From the NCBI RefSeq assembly GCF_006345805.1, contig NC_043000.1, positions 150,474,001 through 150,538,000 on the forward strand: DNA of 64,000 bases, written 5' to 3'. The notes below the pieces were generated by a model. That model had not been told where the DNA came from, did no database searches, and saw only the letters and a list, made by a program, of their open reading frames with translations. The stretch comes from Octopus sinensis. Taxonomy: Eukaryota. Both the position numbers and the translations under genes were made by a program. Shown here piece by piece: positions 48,401-60,400 of this stretch; positions within the stretch are counted from its first letter, which is position 1, and the number at the start of each line of letters is the position of its first letter.

Positions 48401-51400
48401 CAGCTTACTACCTTAATAATAATAATTCTAATTTTAGCACAAGATTAGCAATTTTGAGGGTAGAGAGTAAGCAGATTGCATTAACCCAGCACTTGACTTG
48501 GCTCTATATTTTATCAACCCCTGAAATCCCTTGGTGGGATTTGACCTCAGAATGGAGCTGAAAGAAATATGACAACCAAAATACATTTATTACAGAATTT
48601 AAAATAAAACTAATTTTAATAAATTCACCTTTTGAGACTTTTTTCAACAGCATCTTTGAGCTTGGAAAAAGTGCAAACTTCTAAGCGGTTGTGTAACATG
48701 CGGACAACATCATCTACTCTTTGAAAGAATTCCTCTAAGACTGTATAGGAATAAGGGAGGGTGAGTGTAGATGGTATTGGCAAAATAAGATGCTGGAACC
48801 GTTTATAAGCAGGAGTCCTGAAACAGAGACATGACAATTTAGCAAGGATAAGAAATATAATCAAAATATATTTTGTGGGACATGAGAAGGAAAAGAAGAT
48901 TATGTTAAAATTTTGATAAATATTATTCAATTAAAAAGAATTACAAATACAGAAAACAAAGTTGTCATATTTTAGGTATCTCTCTCTCTCTCTCTCTTTT
49001 TTTTCTCTCTTTTACTTGTTTCAGTCATTTGACTGCGGCCATGCTGGAGCACCGCCTTTAATCGAGCAACTCGACCCCGGGACTTATTCTTTTGTAAGCC
49101 CAGTACTTATTCTATCGGTCTCTTTTGCTGAACCGCCAAGTGACGGGGACGTAAACACACTAGCATTGGTTGTCAAGCAATGCCAGGGGGACAAACACAG
49201 ACATACAAACATACACGCACACACATATATATATATATATACATATATACATATATACGACGGGCTTCTTTCAGTTTCCGTCTACCAAATCCACTCACAA
49301 GGCTTTGGTCGGCCCGAGGCTATAGTAGAAGACACTTGCCCAAGGTGCCACACAGTGGGACTGAACCAGGAACCATGTGGTTGGTTAGCAAGCTACTTAC
49401 CACACGGCCACTCCTGCGCCTATATAAATTGTTTATAGTTTAATATTTGCTATCCTCCATCCCCCCAAAACCCTTTTCTTTTTGTTGTTTGTTCTTTTTA
49501 AATATGTTTCCAAAAAAGTTAATTAAAAACAGAAATTTTGAAGCAAACGAGGATTTAAATGAAACTATTTTTTCTATCAGTGACACGTAAAAGCACCATC
49601 CGTTTCGTGGCCGTTTGCCAGCTCTGTCTGGCACCTGTGCGGGTGGCACATAAAAAGCACCCACTACACTCACGGAGTGGTTGGCGTTAGGAAGGGCATC
49701 CAGCCATAGAAACACTGCCAGATCAGACTGGGCCTGGCGCAGCCTTCTGGCTTCACACACCCCAGTTGAACCGTCCAACCCATGCTAGCATGGAAAGCGG
49801 ACGTTAAACGATGATGAAGATTTAAATGAAACTATTTTTTTATCCATGTTAGCATGAATTAGATGAATCGACATTGTTTTGTAGCTGCCCTTCTTGCTGC
49901 TAACTCTCACCTACTTTTCAAGTGAAGGAAAATTTCCTTCCATTCAGCTTCAAAGCACAGAGCTGCCAGACAACTTGTTAACAGAGGAATGACAACAATG
50001 ACTATAGCTTATATGATCACAGTAAGTAAACATTCTCATAGACATACACATCATAGGTGCAGGAGTGGCTGTGTGGTAAGTAGCTTGTTAACCAACCACA
50101 TGGTTCCGGGTTCAGTCCCACTGCGTGGCATCTTGGGCAAGTGTCTTCTGCTATAGCCCCGGGCCGACCAATGCCTTGTGAGTGGATTTGGTAGACGGAA
50201 ACTGAAAGAAGCCTGTCGTATATATGTATATGTATGTGTGTGTTTGTGTGTCTGTGTTTGTCCCCCTAGCATTGCTTGACAACCGATGCTGGTGTGTTTA
50301 CGTCCCCGTCACTTAGCGGTTCGGCAAAAAGAGACCGATAGAATAAGTACTGGGCTTACAAAGAATAAGTCCCGGGGTCGATTTGCTCGACTAAAGGCGG
50401 TGCTCCAGCATGGCCACAGTCAAAATGACTGAAACAAGTAAAAGAGTAAAGAGTATCATCATTTAGCAACCCTTTTCCATGCTGGCATGGATTGGAAGGC
50501 TTGACTGGAACTGGTAAGCTAGAGAGCTCCAGCCTGGTTTTGTTTCTACAGCTGGATGCCTCTCCTAATGCCAATCACTTCACAGAGTGTACTGGCCATC
50601 TTTTACATGTTGCTAACATGGGTGTCATGTATATGAAGAGCTTTGTACCAAATTCAATAATCAACTCAGAGGCAATAGTAGACACTTCCTGAAAGTGCTG
50701 TGCAGGGAGACTGAACCAGGAACCACATGATTGTGAAGCAAACCTCTTAGCCACACTGCCAGATAATTAACAAGCTTAAACTGATTCTTAGCCAATGAGG
50801 AAACCTATGTAATCACTCAAACTGCTAGAAATAGAAGTCAGATCTTTCTCAAATCATTCACTACTGTCATTAAAAAGGAGGATGCATTGGATAATGTAGT
50901 CCTTGTAGTCCTATATAAAAAGAACAGGACAGTCATGGCTGGAACACGTTTGATCGAGTCCTGCTTTATCAAGGTTGGCAGGGAGTTAAACAACAGAAAC
51001 AATAGTCAATCACCCTCACCTTCCAATTCACAAAGTGCAACAAGTCACATTGGTTTATATAATCCTAGATAGCTTGTGACATAAAACAAAAAAAAAAAGG
51101 TGTGTAATGGTCTGATTCTTCAGAGCGGCCCTAAGACTAAGCAAAAATTTTTACTTACTTGTTAACTGAGTCAGACTTCTCTTTTTCAAATTCAGGTTGA
51201 GTCTTACAGGATGAGCTTTTAGGTTTTTCTTTGGATTTTGTTGCAGCTTTGAGTTCCTTAATTAACAGTAATTGCTTCTTCAGTTCTTCCACTTTACTAC
51301 ATTTCATGAGATCAATTTTGACTTTTTCTGGTGTTAAATTTAGCTGAAAGAATTCAAATAAATGTTGGTTATTTTTGAAAGAAACCATTACTTCAATATA

Positions 51401-54400
51401 GAAATATAGACTAGTTTATTGCAGACATTGGAATAATGCTTGAATAAACTGGATATGAAATCCAAATCTTTAGATGAACTTCAACACAAGAATTTTTTCT
51501 TTTTTGCAAGAAAATTACAATATCATAAGCTTTTGAATTGTATTTATTATGTCCTATAATTTGTTCTTAAGGTTCAGAGTCTCTTGTGTAAAAACATTGT
51601 TCTGCAACTTAGCTCCATTAAGAAGATAATTGTAATTAATCAACCTGAAGATAAAATGCAGGAATGTTATAGGAAATAAGAATTTCAATCCTTTTCTTAC
51701 AAGTTTATTTACACTAGAATCATATTATACAAAAGAGTTTGTTAATTTTCAACAAGGGTGATGAGAAAGAACCCACAGCATTCAGCTTTTAAGAACATTA
51801 CTGCAATCTTACCCTAAATTATGATGGATTAAAGAAACTAAGAAAATAGTACAAATTTTCTATTTTTCAAACCTATTAGCCATGGCTCATAAGTTACTGT
51901 GACCTTTAGTTTTTAGAAAATAACTTCCTTTTCATTTATCATAATCTTATTACAATACACAAATCTGGGTTTCTCAGGTGGATTATTGCAGAAAATTGTA
52001 AATTGTATTAGATATAAATTATTTAGATGTCACTTATTCTAATATAGAACAGATAGGATATTACTATAAAAATAATAAAAAAACAATTAATATATCTTCA
52101 ACTTTAACTGTATATTCTGTTGCTAAATGAATTAAATTTTGATTGCAAAAATTTTACAATTTTAAGTGCATAGTAATTGGAAAGCAGCAACAAAAACAAA
52201 AATCACTAAACATATGTGGTCAGATTTAGTTGTGGTTGTCCTAAAAATCACAGCAATATATGACCATATATGTCCACTGAAATTATATTTGAACTCACAA
52301 TGCACATAAATTCATAAAATTTTGCATAGTCAGTCAGACAACGTAGTGATAATTGTTTCATTGACAGTAACCAGTTCAAGTCTATCTGGTTTCTTGATTA
52401 GCAGCATCTCGTGACGCTGGGCTAATTTTATAAAGATTAAATGCAGATTTTGAGCCCTGGTGAAATTTCACAATAGTTGAGGTAAAGCAGTACCTTATTT
52501 CTTAATTCTAGAATGTATCACAATTAAGCCAAGGTACAATGTATAATTTTCAGTAATAAATACACTAAATATCAATATTCAGGGGAATCATAACTCTACC
52601 TGTCTGACTGTAGTAGTTTTTACAGGATCTGTTGCTTTTTGAAGTTCTTTGCTGTCATTTGAACCAGATTCTGTAGTCTGGCTGTGTACGGACATCTGTT
52701 GTGACCGCATTCTTCGTAACTTTTGAGGAGTTTCAGGCAAAGGAGAAATGGGCCTAGGTATATTGCTCACTAAAGGAAATTCTAACTCCCAGAAATTACT
52801 GTCTTCAAGTTCTTTTTCCTCCTCAATATTCTGTTGAGATAAATAAATGATAAATTTAATCAATATGAAATATTTTTTATTTGATGTGACAAACCATGTT
52901 GATTGTTGCTTTCACTTTTTCAGCAGTGTACGCTTCAACCTTCTTCAGGTGCGTTGTGAGTCACTAAGGTGAAGCATACACACCTGAAATGTAGTGAAAG
53001 CAACAATCAAGATGAAGACACTACTCCAAATAATAACATATCTAAATTCCTCATAGAAATATAGAATTGTATTTCAAAACAATAAAGACAAACATAAATA
53101 ATATTAGTTAAACCTGTTATTTATAACTAGCAGTATCGCCCGGCGTTGCTCGGGTTTGTAAGGGAAATAACTATATAAGCATTTTTAGAGATGTAAAGTA
53201 TAATAGCCATCTCAATATGGCTAACCACTAAGTGGGGGTGTTACTGTAGCTTTTTATGTTCTGAGATTTAATAATACATTTTTAGAGAGTTACTTCCCTT
53301 ATATAATAGCAAAAAAATGCATTAAAAACGGGGAAAAAATGATGGTAAATTTATTTTTAAATCGTAGACGCGCGCTAATACCCAGAAGGGCTTGATATGA
53401 ATCACGACTATAAGATACCTGCTTTTGATTACACTGCACCGCAAAATGGAGTAGTTAGGAATCTAAATCGTAGGAGACAGACACACAACTTCACTTTTAT
53501 ATATAAAGATTTTTCCCATTTCTTAACATATTCCTAAAAAGCCAGCACAATCATCTTTGGTAATTTAAGTCAGCTTGGCACCAAACAATACACTGTAAAT
53601 TGATTGACACCAGGCTGACTTTACTGAACTTTTGGGCAAAATCACTATTGCCAGAATCCACGCAAAGCTCTTAGATTCAAACAAGTATATAGATTGCCTG
53701 GGATGTAAGAATATATACTTATACAAACAACATAAATGTAAATAAACATGCAGATTTTCTATGGCTGGATGCCTTTCCTATTACCAACCCTCAACTAGCT
53801 TCCTTCAGTTTCTGCCTACCAAATCCACTCATAAGGCCTTGGTAGACCTGGGAGCTGTAAAAGAGATTTGCTCAAAACACCATGCAGTAGAACTGAACCC
53901 AGAGCCATGCACATTCACATAGGCATTTATGTAAATACTTATACATACATATGCAAACAGACTACTAAGTACACAAACCAATGTCTGTCTGTCTGTCTAT
54001 CTACATATAAGAGGTTTTGGTATCCAGAAGACCCAAAATGCAGGTAAGGCGATGTAAGTGCTGCAGAAGGACTGTAGTTAGACTTCTGGTTTGATAATAG
54101 TGTGAGTGAGGAGTCTAATGTGGGTTGTGTGTGAGCATGTATAAATGAGACAAACAAAGTCAAGGCAGTGTGAAATTTCTCGAAACATTTATAAAGAGAA
54201 AGGTAGCCTTACAGCTGTTTCAGAGATATGAAGGATATCCCTTCAACAGAGACAATACAAGAGAGTTAAATATAAGAAATTAGTTTGGAAAGGGAGAGAT
54301 ATAGGAAGTATAAATGGAAATAAAAGAATAAAAATAAAAATATATGTTGGATGTTACAAGTGCTGGGTAGAATGGGTATTTTGTGTGGTAAGTAGCTTGT

Positions 54401-57400
54401 TTACCAACCACATGGTTCCGGGTTCAGTCCCACTGCGTGGCACGTTGGGCAAGTGTCTTCTACTATAGCCTCGGGCCGACCAATGCCTTGTGAGTGGATT
54501 TGGTAGACGGAAACTGAAAGAAGCCCGTCGTATATATGTATATATATGCGTGTGTGTGTTTGTGTGTCTGTGTTTGTCCCTCTAGCATTGCTTGACAACC
54601 GATGCTGGTGTGTTTGCGTCCCCGTCACTTAGCGGTTCGGCAAAAGAGACCGATAGAATAAGTACTGGGCTTACAAAAGAATAAGTCCCGGGGTCGAGTT
54701 GCTCGATTAAAGGTGGTGCTCCAGCATGGCCGCAGTCAAATGACTGAAACAAGTAAAAGAGTATATATATATCACTATCACCATTTAATGTCTGTCTTCC
54801 ATACTGGCATAGGTCAAACAGTTGCTGGCAAACCAGAGGACGGTGCCAAGCTCCAGTATCTGCATCGGCATGATTTTTATGGTTGGATGCCCTTCCTAAC
54901 AACAAACACCTACACACACACATATTCTTTTCTACTCTAGTCACAAGGCATGAAATTTTTGGGGAGGGGGGGGGGCAGTCGATTAGATTGATCCCAGTAT
55001 GCAGCTGGTACTTTTAATTTATTGACCCTGAAAGGACGAAAGGCAAAGTTGACCTCGGCGGAATTTGAACTCAGAACGTAAACACAGATGAAATACCGCT
55101 AAGCATTTCGCCCAGCATGCTAGTGTTTCAGCCAGCTTGCCGTCTTACCTACACGTATATTGATTGACACAAATTACCAAAGACAATTGTGCATGAGGTT
55201 CTGGGAATAATGAAGAAACTGTTACATGTATGTGTACATATATATTTATGGTAAAGCAACAATTTTTATTACTATACAAAGCTTGTAATATTTCTTCAAA
55301 ACATTTTAATGTTTACTTGCTGCAGAACTGTAAAAGAATGTAACCACTGATGGCAACACCAGTTCATAAAAAAATTCACACCATCCTACATTTAGTTGTC
55401 AACAATAAATTTGAGAGAGAAACTTTGCATGTATACATATATACACACACACACACACATGCGTATGTGTGTGTATGGATCTGTGTATCATACTTAACCC
55501 TTTTGTTACTGTATTTATTTTGAGATACTCTGTGTTTCTTTCAATTACTTTAGATATATCAAAGAATTTAGTAAAATAACTAACTTAGTTATCATTGAGC
55601 TAGTGTTAGGAACATAAACTGTGACTGAGGTTTGGTGGAAGATTTTAATGCAAAACTTATGAAAACAAGACATTTGTACTAAAGATTCAGAGCCGGTTTC
55701 AGCTGGGTTGGTAACGAAAGGGTTAATGTAAATACATCATTAAAAGGCAAATTTACTGTAGTATTCGTCTAGAGATAACATCTCTTATGGATTTGCTGCA
55801 TTTAAAAACACTATACATACATTGTAGGGAAACCAAAATCATTCCTGCAATGGTCAGCAAGAAACCAGATGCATTTCAACTTTGTTGGGCCTCATCAAGG
55901 GCACATACTCATAGCCAACCATAAGCATAAGTAATATTTATATGATATTTAATGTCTGCTTTCCATGTTGGAAGGTTCAACATGATCCAGTGGATCAGAG
56001 GACCATTTTGCACCAATGCTTCATGGTTTCTACAGCTGGATTTCCTTCCCCTTATGCCAAACTTTACATAATGTATTTGGTGTTTCTTTCCATGGCATTA
56101 GCGCTAGTGAGATTGTCATGTAATAACATGCAAGACTTATAGAGCATCCTCAATTGAGTGGGAATATAGTAGAGGGGTAGGTTAATTCATGCTTAGTTTT
56201 AAGAGGTTAAAATATGATTGAAGGGACAGGAACAAATTTGTTGTTGTTGAGGAGGTACATAGCCATTCTGCATTATATTAGGACAGGTAGGAGTAATTGA
56301 GGTTGAGTTGGAAATACATATATAATAGCAGTATAGCCCAGCATTGCTCGGGTTTGTGTTTTAGTTGCGCTTAAAACGGCAGACTTTGATGTCGCGTTAA
56401 CAAAGTTTTGACATAGTTTCAATCTTTTTTGAAAAGTAAAAATTTTGCATTATGTAGCTTTAAGTGAAAATTTTTCTGGTTGAAATACACCGAGAAATGG
56501 CAACACAGCAGTCAAAAAACCGTAAAAAACAGGGATTTTCATAGAAAAAAAGCACGTTTTTGATGTAAATAATTTTTGGTCTTAACATGGTCCAATTTGA
56601 ATTTTTTCTTCTACGGAATGAAGAGCAAGCCTTCTTCTATCATACTTTCAATTTTGGTCAGCTTGCGTTGCAGGGTCTCGGAGGAGATAGTGTTAGTTGA
56701 AGGCTACCAAACCTGCCACACACAGACAACTTCAGCATTATATGTACGATGATGGAGGTATGTTGGATTGTTGGTATGGCTGTGAAATAGTATTATAACA
56801 CATCCTATATGTATATATGTATGAAAAATCAGTGAACTAGGTTAGCCTCCATTCAAGCAGTTGCATGATTAGAGGCATTCCAGGTTTTTCATCTATCCTT
56901 ACCTCCTCACATTTACCCTCTATAACTTAAGGCTATGTCCTAACACCTTATCACCATCTTTCCTTCATCAGCTATGGTGTCTTCTCTAGAGGTAGGACAT
57001 CTGTTTATATCTTTCGATCATACTCCTTGCCTATCAACATCTGGTACAACTCACTTCCCTCAATCAAAAGGATCATTTTTTTGTGAGCTACTTGGCAACC
57101 TCACCAGTGATGGTGATATGAAGAAGCACCCAGTACATTCTGTAAAATGGTTGGTGCTGAGAATGGCACCCGGCTTTAAAAAACCATGCCAAAACGAACA
57201 CTGGAGTTTGACACAATCCTCTGACCTGTTGGATCCTATTGAGCCATCCCAAACCATGCCAGCATGGCACATAGATGCTAAATGATAATGTGACACCCAA
57301 AACTACATCCAGTATATTCTGTCTTCTTAAAAACAATAGGAACTGATTCAAGGGAGACCAGGTGCTATTTCTAACATGCTGAGTGACAATGCAGTAGCAG

Positions 57401-60400
57401 GCAATGTAGAAACTTTAACCCTTCCGTTACCGTATTTATTTCGAGATGCTCTGTGTTTCTTTCAATCAATTTTAAAATCATCATCATCATCGTTTAACGT
57501 CCGTTCTCCATGCTAGCATCAGTTGGACGGTTCGACTGGGGTCTGGGAAGCCAGAAGGCTGCACCAGGCTCCAGTCTTATCTGGCAGTGTTTCTACAGCT
57601 GGATGCCCTTCCTAACGCCAACCACTCCGTGAGTGTAGTGGGTGCTTTTTACGTGCCAGGGGAGTCTGGCAGTGACCATGATCAGTTGGTGCTTTTTACG
57701 TGCCACTGGCACAGGTGCCAGTCGAGGTTGGCAACGGCCATGGTCGGATTGGTGCATTTTACGTGCCACCGGCACGGAAGCCAGTCGAGGCGGCACTGGC
57801 AACAAAGAATTTAGTAAAATAACTTAGTTATCATTTAGCTACTGTTAAGAACAAAAATTGTGACTAAGGTTTTAATTCAGAACTTATGAAAACAAGATAT
57901 TTGTACTACAGAGCCAGAGCCGGTTTCGGCCAGGTTGGTAACAAAAGGGTTAACAGCTAAAATATCCCCAACTGCTTTATATCACATGACATTACTGCTG
58001 TCCCTTATTGGGATGGCTAGGCTACATTTGCCCCAAAATGTGTCTAACAATGTTCACCATTTTGGTTACTATATTTCTGGTAAAAAACACAACTTTTGTT
58101 TCAATTTTAAAAATAAAAGAATTTAGTAAAATAACTTTTTCATTATTAGGTAGTATATGGAATTTTACTCAACCATCCCATTTATATTATGATCCCGTCT
58201 CTTCTGAGAATGTCCGGCACTTTTCCACCATTTCTATCCTGATGTCCCCCACTCTGTCTCTCCAGTCAGGTAACCTTGTACCTCCTCTACAGCAAGACAC
58301 GTGTTTGTCTCTGCCTCGCTATAACTTTGCATCATCTGACACAAGGTCACTTCCTCCAATGTCCCCATCCCCTCTCAAAAAGATTTTTATCTTGCAAGTT
58401 ACTTGGTGACCCTGTCAGTGCAGGTGCCACTTAAAAAGCAACCAGCTCACACTGTAAAGTGGATGGTGTTTGGAAGAGCATACAGCTGTAAAATATTGCC
58501 AAAACTGATCTCGCCTCTGTTTGTGACACATATAAAGCACTAAGTCCACTCTGGTGGGTGGCTGGTGTTAGGAAGGGCATCCAGCTGTAAAAATCCTGCC
58601 AAAAAATCACAGAAGTCTGGTGCAAGCTTCTGCCTGGCTAGCTCCTTTCAAACTATCCACCCATGGCAGCATGGAAAGCAAATGCTAAACCATGATGATG
58701 ATGATAGATTTAAAACAGGAAATTTCTAACATACAATGAAAGGCACTTTCTTTCAGGTGGGTTGGTATCAAAAGGGTTAGTCCACATCTTATTCATGAAG
58801 CCTAAAATTCCATCCTTTTAACTCAGTACAATGCCTAAACGTTTGATACCATCTAACTGAAATAAATTTAAATATGCTACATATATCTATCTGAACTAAT
58901 ATTTCTTGTGAACTAAGTATCAAATTCATATTACATATGTGCCAAGTAATTCTTTTCTATGTTCCTTTCAAACTATTATAGTTGAAAGATTGGGTATTAT
59001 ATATCATTAATATTTAATTCTGCTGAGGCTAACTCCTTCATTCTTTAACCCTTTCATTACCAACCCGGCTGAAACTGGCTCTGTAGTACAAATGTCTTGT
59101 TTTTATAAGTTTTGAATTAAAATCTTCCACCAAACCTTAGTCCCAATTTATGTTCCCAACATTAGCTTAATGATAACAAAGTTATTTTACTAAATTCTTT
59201 GTTATAATTGAAAGAAACGCAGAGCATCTCAAAATAAATACGGTAATGAAAGGGTTAAGGAGTTGACAAAATAAGTACCAGTTGAGTTCTGAGTGATAAA
59301 ATCGACAAGCTTCCTCCTCTAAACATGCTGGCTTCATGTTAAAATTTAAAATCAATATTAAATTTTTTTAGTTTTAAGCCCTTTGTTACTATATTTCTAT
59401 TGATACACACTGCGTTTCATCCTCATCCTCTTCACCATCATTTAATATCCATTGTCCATGCTGGCATGGTTCCTATGGATGGATGTCCTTCCTAATACCA
59501 ACACTTTACAGAGTGTGCTTGGTGTTTTTACATGGTACTGCACAATCACATGTTTGTGGCACCAGCTTGTTTCAATTAATTTGGAAAAATAATGGAGAAT
59601 TTAGTTAAATAACTTTTCTCATCATTAAGCTGGTGTTTGGGACAAATAAGCACGAAATTTTGACCAGAGGTTTCAATTTAGATCACTTTAAACCAAGTTT
59701 TGTGCCATAGTAGCAGGAGTTGTTTTGGTATCAAAACTGCTAAGTTGGAGAAAACATAACTATAGCATACCGTAAATGCCAGTATTTATTATGAAGTTGG
59801 AATAGTATATGGTATAGAATCAAGGGAAATGTAGAAATGCTACAAGTGAGTTTAGTTATGATATAGATGCTTTTGTTACCATTTTCTTCAGGTAAATCAT
59901 ATGACTCATCTTTTTGATTGAGGAAACATACAATGAAGTCAAACTGTTGCGTCTCACACTGGTGAAACACGTGTTATAAACATACATTGTCTAAAAGGAA
60001 GCGGTATTCTCTGATAACGAAAAACAACAATGATCAGAGATTCCTGTTCGAATCTGCCTGGTGTATTAAGAATGGATATTTTACTGTTTGGATTCTCAAT
60101 GGTCTACATGCACCCCATGAATTATTGGTAGACATCAGCAAATAATCTGTTTGTGGATTACAATAAACAAGACCATATACTCTTCTTAGACTCATTGGTC
60201 TAGTGATATGCGAAACTGCTTTGGCTGAGGAAACACAATAAGGAGAATGGAGTGTCTCAAAGTCCCTTTATACTGGTGAATTGAGTGTATTATGAACATA
60301 CAGGAGTGGCTGTGTGGTAAGTAGCTTGCTAACAAACCACATGGTTCCGGGTTCAGTCCCACTGCGTGGCATCTTGGGCAAGTGTCTTCTGCTATAGCCC

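Noticed and set aside
59740-59970. Possible extra CDT1 exon (KDESYDLPEENG...)
   Set aside because: Weak acceptor with no pyrimidine tract and no homology; not needed if the phase-0 donor at 62341 is used; only RNA-seq could rescue it
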